Of a stretch of 64,000 nt of DNA, positions 30,902 through 40,641 are shown one piece after another. The notes beneath the pieces are model-generated. The model made no database searches and was not told the DNA's origin. It saw only the letters and a list, made by a program, of their open reading frames with translations. How positions within the stretch are numbered: position 1 is the stretch's first letter; each line of letters starts with the position of its first letter. The stretch spans positions 800,001-864,000 of the forward strand of contig CAWCNY010000002.1 of assembly GCA_963797095.1 (NCBI GenBank), given 5' to 3'. The position numbers and the translations under genes are program-made. The stretch is from an uncultured Chloroflexia bacterium. GTDB taxonomy: Bacteria > Chloroflexota > Chloroflexia > QHBQ01 > JADMIH01.

Positions 30902-32812
30902 TTATTGCATTGATTTGGCTTCGGCCAGTAGTTGTTGGACTACTTTTTCGTTCTTGTCGTAGTTGCCTTCGCCGTAGTGGGTGTAGCGCAGGTGACCGTT
31001 TGCGTCTATGAAGTAGAAGGCGGGCCAGTAGTGGTTGCTGTAGGCTCGCCAGGTTTTGTAGTCGGGGTCGAGCACTACGGGCCACACTACACCTAGCTTC
31101 TTGGAGTTCTCCTGGACGTTGCTTAGTACGCGCTCGTAGGCGAATTCGGGGGTGTGAACGCCTATGATTTCGAGGCCCTGGTCGTGGTATTTGCTGTAGA
31201 GGTCTCGCACGTAGGGGATGGTGTTGATGCAGTTATAGCAGCCGAAGGTCCAGAAGTCTACTATCACTACTTTACCGCGCAGGCTTGCGAGGGTCAGCGG
31301 ATCGGAGTTGATCCAGTCGGTGGTGCCGGTAATCTCAGGGGCAACGCCGAGGTCTTTGAGGGCGATGCCGGGTCTGGGGGTTGGGGTCATTGTCATGGTT
31401 GGTTCCGGTGTAGAGGTGGCCGTAGCGGTGGGCTGCGGCCTGGGGGTGGAAGTGGCTGCGGGTGCGGCGGGTGCGGCGGGTGCGGCGGGTGCGGCGACCA
31501 TACCACCCATGTTTACGTTGGCGGTGTTCTTTGCTTCGGCCAGTAGCTCCTGGACAACGAGATCGTTGTTATCGTAGTTGCCTTCGCCGATGTGCTTGTA
31601 CCTGATACGGCCCGTGGCGTCTACGAAGTAGAAGGCGGGCCACCAGTGGTTATCGTAGGAGCGCCAGGTCTTGTAGTCGGGGTCGAATGCGACGGGCCAA
31701 TCGATATCCTGCGCCTGAATCGCGTTCTCTACGTTGGCGGGGACGTACTCGAAAGATAGCTCAGGTGTATGAACGCCTATGATTTCGAGGCCCTGGTCGT
31801 GATACTTCTCGTAGAGAGCCTGCACATAGGGGCGGGTGTTCGCGCAGTTGTAGCAGGCGTAGGTCCAGAAGTCTATGAGGACCACTTTGCCGCGCAGGTC
31901 AGCCATAGTCAGTGGTTCGGAGTTCCACCACTGGGTGATGCCTGTCAGTTCGGGGGCCTGGCCCAGGTCTTCGAGGGGAACGGCGGGTGTGGGCGTGACC
32001 AGAGGCTCGGTTACCTCGGCTCCGGGAGCGGTCGCGACGGTTTCTTGAGTGCCCTCGGCATCTCTCTGCAATTGATCCAGTTGCGCCTCGACAGCGTCGC
32101 TGCGCTCGAACGATTGGAGGAAGGTGCTGTATTCGGGCGGGAGACCTTGCAAGGTGAGGGTTTGGAGGGCAGTGTCGGCTCCGAGGAAGAGGGCCACGCA
32201 TGCCACTATGGTGAAGGCTCCGAACGCCTGCTTGATGAGGTTGGTACGCGGGCCTAGCTTGCGGGCACGTATCGCCAAACCGCGCCCGCCGTAAGCAAGC
32301 AAGAGCATGGGGAGGGCGGTGCCGAGAGAGTAGGCCAGGGTGATCAAGATCGCCTGGGGTGTGAGGCCGACGGTGGCGGTGAGGCCGATCACGGAGGCCA
32401 TGATGGGGCCAACGCAGGGCGCCCACAGGAGGCCAAGCCCACCGCCGATCAGGAGGCCGCCGTTGAAGCCGCCGCGATTGCGAGTGCCGGGGGCCAGCCG
32501 TGTGAGGGGTGAGAGAAGGCGGTCGACGCGGTCGCCTAGGGCGGGTATAAGGAGGGTGAGGCCGAACAAGCCGAGGAGGACGATAGAGGCTATTCGCAGC
32601 CAGGTGGCGGGTACGGCGAGCACTTCGGCGGCTGCGGTGACGGCCAACGTCACGACGGTGAAGGTGAGGGCGAGGCCGAGCACTATGCCAACCGGGCGCA
32701 TCTTACCGCCACCGGTGGAGGTGGAGAGAAGGATGGGAAGGACGGGGAGGACGCAAGGCGAGATGATAGTCACCACGCCTGCCAGGAAGGCGAAAAGGAG
32801 CAAAAGTTCCAT
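30902..32812 (-). CDS. DipZ-like protein: CcdA/DsbD membrane domain plus two TlpA-like thioredoxin domains
   Basis: ISPCVLPVLP and WAPCVGP in the TM domain; DFWTYACYNC and DFWTFGCYNC domains separated by an A/P/T linker. Confidence 0.9.
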   Translation of the reverse strand: MELLLLFAFLAGVVTIISPCVLPVLPILLSTSTGGGKMRPVGIVLGLALTFTVVTLAVTAAAEVLAVPATWLRIASIVLLGLFGLTLLIPALGDRVDRLLSPLTRLAPGTRNRGGFNGGLLIGGGLGLLWAPCVGPIMASVIGLTATVGLTPQAILITLAYSLGTALPMLLLAYGGRGLAIRARKLGPRTNLIKQAFGAFTIVACVALFLGADTALQTLTLQGLPPEYSTFLQSFERSDAVEAQLDQLQRDAEGTQETVATAPGAEVTEPLVTPTPAVPLEDLGQAPELTGITQWWNSEPLTMADLRGKVVLIDFWTYACYNCANTRPYVQALYEKYHDQGLEIIGVHTPELSFEYVPANVENAIQAQDIDWPVAFDPDYKTWRSYDNHWWPAFYFVDATGRIRYKHIGEGNYDNNDLVVQELLAEAKNTANVNMGGMVAAPAAPAAPAAPAATSTPRPQPTATATSTPEPTMTMTPTPRPGIALKDLGVAPEITGTTDWINSDPLTLASLRGKVVIVDFWTFGCYNCINTIPYVRDLYSKYHDQGLEIIGVHTPEFAYERVLSNVQENSKKLGVVWPVVLDPDYKTWRAYSNHYWPAFYFIDANGHLRYTHYGEGNYDKNEKVVQQLLAEAKSMQ

Positions 32813-32868
32813 GCTAATATCTTACCAGCATGGGGTTAACAAAATAAGAGAAGGATGTTACGAAAGTA

Positions 32869-33570
32869 TTACGGTTTCGCCCCGGCCTGTTTCAGGTTGC
32901 GAACCTCGAACCTGTAGACTTGCAGGCCGTGACGCTCCCAGTAGGATTGGTAGCGCGATCTTACCTCAGGCTCGAAGCCTGTCAGGTAGCGTTCGGGATG
33001 TGTCTTCTCGAACCGAGTGTCCTTTTCGATCAAGGAGAGCATATCCTGGAAAAGCTCTTCCTTGTCGGTGACTATGCTCATTTTACCACCAGAGACGAGG
33101 GCGATGTGCATGATATCCAGAAATTCAGGGGTGAAGAGGCGGCGAGTGCGGTACTTGGGGTGGAGGTAGGGGTCGGGGAAATGCATGTAAACTGTATGAA
33201 GGGAGTCGGGAGGCATGAGAGGGTAGAGGCTCTGGATGGGGGCTTTGATGAAAAGGATGTTGTCAAGGGCGAGGGACCTGGCGTGAGCGACCGCCACCCA
33301 GAGCGATTTGAGGTTGATCTCGACCCCGAGGAAGTTGTGGCTGGGGTTGCGCTGGGCGAGCGAGCAGAGGTATTCGCCTGTGCTACACCCTATCTCCAAT
33401 TCGAGAGGGTGGTCGTTGCCGAAGAGTTGGGGGGAGGTTAGGCGGGGGAAGGTGTTAGTGTAGTGCCAGAGGTCGCCGGAGTTCCAGGCGCGCAGGTATC
33501 TAGAGGCGGTGGCATCGTCGGGCGGCGCGATGCGCACGTGGCGGATCAGAAAGGATTTGCGGGGAGGCAT
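32869..33570 (-). CDS. trmB: tRNA (guanine-N7)-methyltransferase
   Basis: LEIGCSTG, NFLGVE, HFPDPY..K, IVTD. Confidence 0.85.
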   Translation of the reverse strand: MPPRKSFLIRHVRIAPPDDATASRYLRAWNSGDLWHYTNTFPRLTSPQLFGNDHPLELEIGCSTGEYLCSLAQRNPSHNFLGVEINLKSLWVAVAHARSLALDNILFIKAPIQSLYPLMPPDSLHTVYMHFPDPYLHPKYRTRRLFTPEFLDIMHIALVSGGKMSIVTDKEELFQDMLSLIEKDTRFEKTHPERYLTGFEPEVRSRYQSYWERHGLQVYRFEVRNLKQAGAKP

Positions 33571-33639
33571 GGGGGATTTTGGATCTTAGATTGCGGATTT
33601 TGGATTTGTTCGTTGGCAACCCGCAGCGTAAATCCGGGG

Positions 33640-34329
33640 TCAGTTTTCGTATTCTTCTAGCCAGAGGCGCTTGTCCTGGGCTTTGAGGAGTTGGAGGAAG
33701 TTGATCGTGTAGTGGGCAACCAGGGGTAGGAGGAGGCCGCCGGACCAGACAAATAGGAGGCCGAGCCAGAGGCCGAGCAACCCGGTGATGAGGATGCCGA
33801 GGTTGCCCTGGGGTGAGTGCATGAGGCCGAACACAGCCGAGAATAGGATCAGCAAGAGGGGCACGGGAGCGGCCTGGCCGAGCGCACCGATCAGTAGCGA
33901 CCTGAAAAGTAGCTCTTCGAGGATGACGGCGAGGAAAAGGGCGGCGGGGACCAGCAGCCATTCGATGCGGTTGCGCGGCATGATGTTCTTCATCACGACG
34001 GGCGAGTAGATCTGTTTGCCCCACTTATCGATAGCAAAGACGGTCACCTGGTTGGCTATAAGCTGCGTCAGGAGGCCGATTATTATGCCCAGCCCGATGT
34101 CTTGCCAGCCGTTGTCGAAGGTCCAGCCGAGGCTTTTGAGCGGCACACCGCTAAGGAGGCCAAGTCCTATACAGGCCAGGACAAGCACACCCTTGACGAC
34201 GTTTTCGACCGGGGCAAGGAGCAGGTTTTCGGTGATCGGGATCGAACGCAGGAGCCTGCCGCTTTGATAGGTGGCCCAGGCAAGCCCAACTGTGAGAGCT
34301 AGTGACCCGAACACGAACAGCGGGAACAT
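33640..34329 (-). CDS. CPBP/CAAX-type intramembrane metalloprotease
   Basis: EELLFRS, FGLMH and AHYTIN motifs; multiple TM segments. Confidence 0.9.
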   Translation of the reverse strand: MFPLFVFGSLALTVGLAWATYQSGRLLRSIPITENLLLAPVENVVKGVLVLACIGLGLLSGVPLKSLGWTFDNGWQDIGLGIIIGLLTQLIANQVTVFAIDKWGKQIYSPVVMKNIMPRNRIEWLLVPAALFLAVILEELLFRSLLIGALGQAAPVPLLLILFSAVFGLMHSPQGNLGILITGLLGLWLGLLFVWSGGLLLPLVAHYTINFLQLLKAQDKRLWLEEYEN

Positions 34330-34510
34330 ACGTATGTAATACTAGGTAGTATGACCGTTGTCAAGCAACCGCACGCGGGGAGGGCAATCGAGGAGGTCAG
34401 TGGAGAGATCAACCTGCTTATCAGTGCATGATTGGGGAATAACATACAGGCAGGCACATCGTCGGGCCTGCCTGTATGTTGGCTCTTATCTAGAGCGCAT
34501 CAAAGTCGGG

Positions 34511-34858
34511 TTAGCTGGCGTTTGGTTCGACCAGGAAAACCTCATAGGCCGATGCCAGGGCTACCAGCACACCAACAGCGATGCTCATCCACAAAGCCTC
34601 GGTCAAGGCGGTGAAGCCGAAAATGAAGGGCGCAGCAATTGCTGCCAATCCTGCCAGGCCGACCAGCCAGTACTCCCAATATTGATCTTCATCCTGGCTT
34701 ATGACCTTCCAGGCAGAGAGCACCAGTATGACCGCCCCGATGATTATGCTGGCCCACAGAGCACCGTCGTTATTGGTATAGTTGAATACCCAGGGCGCTA
34801 CTCCCAGTGCCAGTCCCAAAAGACCGGTGATCCAATACATCTTATTCATCTTAATCAT
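34511..34858 (-). CDS. SPW-repeat membrane protein
   Basis: Two repeats (LGVAPWVFNY / AIAAPFIFGF); four TM segments; GGAGG RBS. Confidence 0.75.
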   Translation of the reverse strand: MIKMNKMYWITGLLGLALGVAPWVFNYTNNDGALWASIIIGAVILVLSAWKVISQDEDQYWEYWLVGLAGLAAIAAPFIFGFTALTEALWMSIAVGVLVALASAYEVFLVEPNAS

Positions 34859-35029
34859 CTCCTCCCAATATTACTGAACAATGCGCTGTTGACTTAGCAC
34901 CGCTCATAGCTCATACATAGCGCGATATGATCCAGGCAAGCTCCAGCCGCGATCATTAACAGGAAGGAATTACTGTTCGGCGACCGGGGAAGCGCAACCT
35001 GTTGATGGGTCTTGAAAGCTGTCCGAAAC

Positions 35030-35128
35030 CTATGCGGCTGGGTGATGCTCTCCGCGCAGATTTCTGACAAAGAACACAGCCACCACTGTCACAAGTGCGA
35101 ACGCCATAACTCCCAGCACGATCTTCAT
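35030..35128 (-). CDS. Putative 32-aa single-TM small protein
   Basis: AAGGAG RBS, then MKIVLGVMAFALVTVVAVFFVRNLRGEHHPAA. Confidence 0.5.
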   Translation of the reverse strand: MKIVLGVMAFALVTVVAVFFVRNLRGEHHPAA

Positions 35129-35313
35129 TTCATGCTCCTTTCCTGATGGCATGCCCGCGCAGGGTTTCGAAGGAATACAGGCAGAGCAAGCTATCAGAAA
35201 TCTACTAACCGCACCACATAATGAGATGACGCCAATCTTATCGTAGCGCATTTAGGTGAAGTAACAGGTAAATGCAGGTTGCAGGTTAGTAAAAGCGAGG
35301 GCGAGGCCGCGCT

Positions 35314-35808
35314 TTAGCCTGCAAAGTGGAGGGCTTCCTCCATGGAGAAGGTCGCTACGATCGGTTTGACAAGCCATTCATAATCGGCGAAGCGTACGCT
35401 CATGGTATCGGTATGGGTGCCTACCTGGAAGTAGATCGTCTTTTGCCGGGCCAGGTCTTTGTCGACATATACCGGCACATTGTAGATGTTGCCGAAGGGG
35501 GGCATCGCACCCACTTCGCAATCGGGGAAGAGGGCAGCAAACTCGACTTCCTCGGCCAGCCTTATGTCTCTTGAGCTAAGTATGCGGCCAATCTCCGGCA
35601 AGTGCACTCGCCCCGGAGCGGGTAGAACCAGCATCACCATCTTTCCATTGGCAACCAACATTACCACCTTGGCAACCAGGCGGCCAGGCAGGTGCTCGCT
35701 GGCAGCCACGTCCTGGGCAGTAAATGCGCTGGGGTGGTGTTGCACCTCGTAAGGCACCAGATTATCGCGCAGATACGTCTCTAATCTATCTTTGCACTTC
35801 ATTGTCAT
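35314..35808 (-). CDS. YbaK/ProX-type aminoacyl-tRNA deacylase family protein
   Basis: H.AFTAQDVA, AKVVML, FPDCEVGAMPPFG, GTHTD. Confidence 0.88.
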   Translation of the reverse strand: MTMKCKDRLETYLRDNLVPYEVQHHPSAFTAQDVAASEHLPGRLVAKVVMLVANGKMVMLVLPAPGRVHLPEIGRILSSRDIRLAEEVEFAALFPDCEVGAMPPFGNIYNVPVYVDKDLARQKTIYFQVGTHTDTMSVRFADYEWLVKPIVATFSMEEALHFAG

Positions 35809-36036
35809 GCCTCCTTCTGAAAGCGGTAGAGTCATTCCACCGTGTACACTATAGCGCCCGAAGGTGGAACCGAAGGTAACGGCGGGTTACAGGCCGGTGA
35901 AAATTGCGGTGGAGATCGGCGGGTGCGAATCTCACTGATTTTTTTCCTATGTTTACCTGCGCTGTTACCTCGGTCTGCTACACTCACAGTGGAGGGATCC
36001 ACTTTCGCTCCTGCACCCATAAAAAGGAGGCACAAT

Positions 36037-38508
36037 ATGCGATCATCCTTACTAATCGGGCGGTTCGGGCCGCTGTCGGTGAGTTTGAACTATACATGGC
36101 TGTTTATCTCAGTGCTTGGCCTGTGGGGACTGGCGCTCGTGTGGCTCCCCGACAACTTCCCACAATGGTCGTCGGGCCTCTACTGGTTGGTGGCAATAGC
36201 TGTAATGGGCCTGTTCCTGCTCAGCTTGATCTTGCGCGAACTGGTGCGCGCCGCCATCGCGGGGTTCGACAGGCGCGGCATAACACTGTACCCATTTGGC
36301 GCTGCCACTCCCTACCGGCTGGATGAGATCGGAACGGGGCGGGCGTTGGTGTCGATGGTCGTGGCTCCCCTGTTCAATCTGGTGGCGGGCATAACGCTGT
36401 TGGTGTTGGCAGGAACCCTGGAAGGCGCAAGCGGTCTGGGCGAGCTTACATGGGCTATGTTGGTTCCGCTTGCGTGGCTCAACCTGTGGGTGGGGGTTAT
36501 CAATCTAATCCCCGGCATACCTTTCGATGGAGGCCGGGTGCTGACCAATACATTGTTCTGGTTTTCGGGGCAACGCGAACAGGGATTGGGCTTTACAAGG
36601 ACCGTGGGCGAGATCACATCGCTGGGACTGGTACTGCTTGGGGCCTGGATCGGACTCACTTCGCAGAACTGGATAGTGGCGCTTGCCCTCGTCGTGCTTG
36701 GCTGGGGCGCAAGAGAGGCCGAGGAGAAGGGGAAGCAACTGAGCATTTTGCGCACCGGGCTATCTGAGATAAAGGCGGGGGACATAATGGAGGAGGCCGC
36801 ACCTCAAGACCGAATCCCCGCCAACGCATCGGTAGCGCAGATGATGTATTCCCACCAATATTATGCTACCGACAAACCACTGCCGGTGATGAAGCGCGGT
36901 GATGAGGGTGGAGGAAGCGAAAAGATGGTGGGTGTGGTGACTCTGGCACAGGCCGAGGACTTATTGCAAGGGGATTGGCCTACTACGCCTGTGACATCTT
37001 TGATGTCTTCGCCCACGGAAGTAACATCACTCGCACCGGGTACACCTCTCGCCGAGGTGATTGAGCTCATAGAGAAACGAGGTACGAACGCGGACGAACA
37101 GGCCGCGGTGCCCGTTATCGCAGGTGGGGAGTTGCTGGGCAGCATTGACCCTGCCAGGTTGGCGGCATTTGAACAGGCGGAATTCGAGCTGGGAGCAGTC
37201 GAAGCGCCTCTCCCGGACGGAGACGGCGCTGGGTTCTTTGCCAGGATCAAGGGTGTACTGCCTGCTTTGACTGTACTGATCGCGCTTGCGATCCTGGGCA
37301 ATGTCGCGATCAGCTCTGATCCCTACAGCTTGCGCAATATAAGTAGGGCCGAGGCGGCGGCACCGATTGCGTTCGCGGATATGCTTCCGTCACCTGGGGC
37401 GCTCGTATCCGGTGACGTGATCAGCATTAACGCCATTGCGATCAGCGCGCAAACGATCACCACGGCTAGCCTCACGCTGGATGGGACCCCGCTGCCTGTG
37501 AGCCTGGCCGGGGCAAACCCGTACCAACAGGTCATAAGCGCACAGGCCCTTAGCCCCGGCGACGGGATTCATACGCTTGTGCTGGTGGTAGCCGATCGAA
37601 TTGGCAGGCTAGGGCGCACCGAATGGCAGTTCTGGGAGGGGGCGATTGGTACACCTACGCCAACGACCGCAGCAAGTGTCTCTACGCTCGAAATAGGAGG
37701 GCGCCAACCCGCGCCGGGTGGGCTTGTATTAGCCCAGAGTCCGGCGGAGAGCAGAATAGGGTTCGTTATCTCATGGGAAGAGCCAATAAGCGGGGTGCAA
37801 TTGCTCATTGATGGGATCGAAACACCTGCCGCCCTCGAGCCGGTTGCCGGCACAGGCAATCAATACAGAGTGACTGCCTCAACTGCCAACCTTACGGTGG
37901 GAAGCCACACAATCCGCGCCAATATCGCAGGGAATGGAGGCATCGTGTATGCCACCGATTGGACGTTTCAGGCTATCGTGCCCGACGACCAGAATGCCTA
38001 CTTTGAGCAAACCGGCTTGTTTGTCTCCGGCGCTTTCTATGATTTCTGGACAGCGAATGGCGGACTGGATATCTTCGGCTACCCAATCTCCGACCGAGTG
38101 AGCGAAACCGATCCGGACACAGGCGAGGTATACACAGCGCAGTATTTCGAGCGTGCTCGCTTCGAGTTGCACCCATCGCTCGGTAATACCGTGCTGCTCG
38201 GCAGGTTGGGCCTAAAAGTTCATATGCCGGACCCACCGGCCACCGCCAACCCTGACGCGAACTACTTCACAGAGACGGGGCATAACCTCTCCGGCCAATT
38301 CCTTGAGTTCTGGCAGACGCGAGGCGGTCTGGCAATCTTTGGCTACCCCATCAGCGAGGAGCTCACCGAAACCAGCCCTCAGGACGGCAACGAGTACGTT
38401 GTGCAGTATTTCGAGCGCGCCAAGTTCGAGCTTCACCCGGAGTTGGCAGGCACCCCTTATGAGGTGCAGATCGCGCAGCTTGGCACACTTGTTTACCAGA
38501 GCAGGTAG
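36037..38508 (+). CDS. M50/site-2-protease-like membrane protein (degenerate HExxH) with CBS pair, TM, Ig-like domains and duplicated YFERARFE surface domain
   Basis: AAGGAGG RBS. NLIPGIPFDGGR is retained, but the HExxH position reads RELVR. CBS-like region follows; C-terminal GGL.IFGYPIS...QYFERA.FE x2. Confidence 0.8.
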   Translation: MRSSLLIGRFGPLSVSLNYTWLFISVLGLWGLALVWLPDNFPQWSSGLYWLVAIAVMGLFLLSLILRELVRAAIAGFDRRGITLYPFGAATPYRLDEIGTGRALVSMVVAPLFNLVAGITLLVLAGTLEGASGLGELTWAMLVPLAWLNLWVGVINLIPGIPFDGGRVLTNTLFWFSGQREQGLGFTRTVGEITSLGLVLLGAWIGLTSQNWIVALALVVLGWGAREAEEKGKQLSILRTGLSEIKAGDIMEEAAPQDRIPANASVAQMMYSHQYYATDKPLPVMKRGDEGGGSEKMVGVVTLAQAEDLLQGDWPTTPVTSLMSSPTEVTSLAPGTPLAEVIELIEKRGTNADEQAAVPVIAGGELLGSIDPARLAAFEQAEFELGAVEAPLPDGDGAGFFARIKGVLPALTVLIALAILGNVAISSDPYSLRNISRAEAAAPIAFADMLPSPGALVSGDVISINAIAISAQTITTASLTLDGTPLPVSLAGANPYQQVISAQALSPGDGIHTLVLVVADRIGRLGRTEWQFWEGAIGTPTPTTAASVSTLEIGGRQPAPGGLVLAQSPAESRIGFVISWEEPISGVQLLIDGIETPAALEPVAGTGNQYRVTASTANLTVGSHTIRANIAGNGGIVYATDWTFQAIVPDDQNAYFEQTGLFVSGAFYDFWTANGGLDIFGYPISDRVSETDPDTGEVYTAQYFERARFELHPSLGNTVLLGRLGLKVHMPDPPATANPDANYFTETGHNLSGQFLEFWQTRGGLAIFGYPISEELTETSPQDGNEYVVQYFERAKFELHPELAGTPYEVQIAQLGTLVYQSR

Positions 38509-38577
38509 CTTAGAATGCATCCCACGATCCGGTTAGGATGCCCAACATGAGATATCCTGAAATCTAGGTGATTGCAG

Positions 38578-40380
38578 CTAAAGCGCCAGCTTCTCCAACC
38601 TATCCACGAACCCCTCAAACACCTCAAAAGCCTTCTCCACAGGCTCAGGCGAAGTCATATCCACCCCTGCCAGCTTCAACGCATCCAGCGGGAACACCGA
38701 CCCACCTGCCTTCAGGAAGTTCTTGTAATCCTCCGCCGCTTGCGGCCCCTGCGTCAGCACGCGCTGGGCAAGCGCATTAGCAGCCGAGATCCCTGTGGCG
38801 TACTGGTACACGTAGTAGTTTAGGTACATGTGGATCGAGAACTGCGCCCAGGTGATACCTACGCGCTCCTCATCCACTTCCACCTCCGGGCCATACCCCT
38901 CGCGGAACATGTCCGCCAGCAGCTTGATCATCCCGTCCGCCGTCAGCGGCTTTCCCTGCTCGATGCGCGTGTGTATCTCAAGCTCGAATCGCGCCAGGAT
39001 CGGCATAATAAAGAAGTAGCGATGGAAGTTATACATCGCCTCCTCTATTACCACGATCTGGAACTGCGGGTCGGGATTGCTCTTCAGCAGGTAATCGCGC
39101 ACCATCGCCTGGTTGAAGTTTGACGCCACCTCGGCCACGAACAGCCCATACCACGAATAGATAGGAGGCTGGTTCTTCCGCGTGAGATAGGAGTGCATCG
39201 AGTGCCCCAACTCGTGGGCCAGCGTGCTAACCGAAGTAAGCTTGTCGCTGTAGCTCATAAATATGAACGGGTTCGTCCCGAAAGCGCCGCTTGAATATGC
39301 GCCTGTGCGCTTCCCCTGGTTCGGGTAGATATCCACCCACCTGTCCTTCACAAGACCCTGCCGCATCGGAGCGGTGTACTCCTCCCCAAGGGGCGACATC
39401 CCCTTGCAGATGATCTCAACCGCTTCACTGTATGGCATATAAGGATCGCCCTTTGTCAGCGGCGCGAACACATCATAAGCATGCAGCATATCCAACCCCA
39501 GGATGCGGCGGCGCACGCTCCAGTAGCGGTTCCAGATAGGCAGCTTCCGCTTAGCCGTCTCCAGCATATTGTCATACACAGCCCTGGGAATATTGGCCCT
39601 GTGCAGAGCCGCCTCCACCGCCGTCTGGTAGTTATGAGCGCGAGCGTTGAACACGTCCTTCTTAACCCCACCGGTAATCAGGCTCGCGAATGTGTTCTTA
39701 TACCTGAGATACCCATCTGCGTACTGCTCCCATGCAGCTTTACGCACCTTGATATCCGCGTCGTGCAGCAGCGTCTCCATAGTGCCAGCCGCTACCTGCA
39801 CCTCGCCCTCGCTCGTCTGCACCTTGCCGTAATCGATCTCGGCGTCGGCCAGAATAGCATGTGTAGCCCGGAACAGGTCGAGCGGGTCGCCCGCCATCGC
39901 CAGCAAAGCCTCGATCTCAGGCGACCGCACGTGCCCTTCCCGCTTTCGCAGCACCTCGAAATAGTGCTCGTACTCCTTTAGCTCCGGTTTCTCCTGCATG
40001 AACTCCTGGATCTTCTCCTGCGGAATGTCGAGCAATTCCGGCTCCGCAAAAGCCGTGGCGGCCCCAAAGCGCGCCATCATCCCGCGCGCCTGGTCCCGCA
40101 TAGCAAGCCAATCCTGGTTGGCCGTGTCGGTGTCGCTCTGCATCGTGGAATAGACGAACACCTGGCTAGCCCTGATGAACTTCTCCTGGTAGTCGGCGAA
40201 CCACTCCATAAGCGTCTCAGCCGATTCGCCCAGCCGCCCCTTATACGCTGTAAGCGTAGGCAAACTCTCCAACACCTCGTCAAGCGCAGCGCGCCAATCA
40301 TCAGCACTAGCAAATATACTGGCAAGATTCCAGGTGTGCTCCTGTGGAACCTCGCTGCGTTTAGGCAATGCAATCGCCAT
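38578..40380 (-). CDS. pepF: Oligoendopeptidase F (M3B)
   Basis: GKRTGAYS, TLAHELGHSMHS, FVAEVASNFN, YYVYQYATG. Confidence 0.95.
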   Translation of the reverse strand: MAIALPKRSEVPQEHTWNLASIFASADDWRAALDEVLESLPTLTAYKGRLGESAETLMEWFADYQEKFIRASQVFVYSTMQSDTDTANQDWLAMRDQARGMMARFGAATAFAEPELLDIPQEKIQEFMQEKPELKEYEHYFEVLRKREGHVRSPEIEALLAMAGDPLDLFRATHAILADAEIDYGKVQTSEGEVQVAAGTMETLLHDADIKVRKAAWEQYADGYLRYKNTFASLITGGVKKDVFNARAHNYQTAVEAALHRANIPRAVYDNMLETAKRKLPIWNRYWSVRRRILGLDMLHAYDVFAPLTKGDPYMPYSEAVEIICKGMSPLGEEYTAPMRQGLVKDRWVDIYPNQGKRTGAYSSGAFGTNPFIFMSYSDKLTSVSTLAHELGHSMHSYLTRKNQPPIYSWYGLFVAEVASNFNQAMVRDYLLKSNPDPQFQIVVIEEAMYNFHRYFFIMPILARFELEIHTRIEQGKPLTADGMIKLLADMFREGYGPEVEVDEERVGITWAQFSIHMYLNYYVYQYATGISAANALAQRVLTQGPQAAEDYKNFLKAGGSVFPLDALKLAGVDMTSPEPVEKAFEVFEGFVDRLEKLAL

Positions 40381-40460
40381 ATATTTAGCCTCCCATCATT
40401 AGGAATGTTGAGATATTTATCTTACATACTCCCAAAAATGTCAATCAGTTCCAAGAATCA

Positions 40461-40498
40461 CAAAAGGGTGCCCCACAAAACCACTCGAGCACCCTTTT
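40461..40498 (-). terminator. Terminator downstream of tRNA-Ser
   Basis: Inverted repeat AAAAGGGTGC...GCACCCTTTT. Confidence 0.55.
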
Positions 40499-40503
40499 CC
40501 CTG

Positions 40504-40587
40504 CGGAGAGAGTGGGATTCGAACCCACGGACCTCATCGGTCATCCGTTTTCAAGACGGACGCATTCGTCCACTCTGCCATCTCTCC
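40504..40587 (-). tRNA. tRNA-Ser (anticodon TGA)
   Basis: GGAGAGATGGCAGAGTGG...TCCGT CT TGA AA ACGGA, long variable arm, GGTTCGAATCC, discriminator G; CCA not encoded. Confidence 0.95.
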
Positions 40588-40593
40588 ACACCA

Positions 40594-40622
40594 ATTCTAT
40601 CAAAAGCCGCCTACCCAGTCAA
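40594..40622 (-). promoter_or_regulatory. tRNA-Ser promoter
   Basis: TTGACT-17 bp-TAGAAT on the minus strand. Confidence 0.6.
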
Positions 40623-40641
40623 CACATAAGGGAGGATGCAA

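Noticed and set aside
40504-40587. tRNA with 'TGA' as tRNA-Sec supporting the selenoprotein
   Set aside because: Anticodon TGA reads UCA (Ser). tRNA-Sec has anticodon TCA and a longer acceptor stem.
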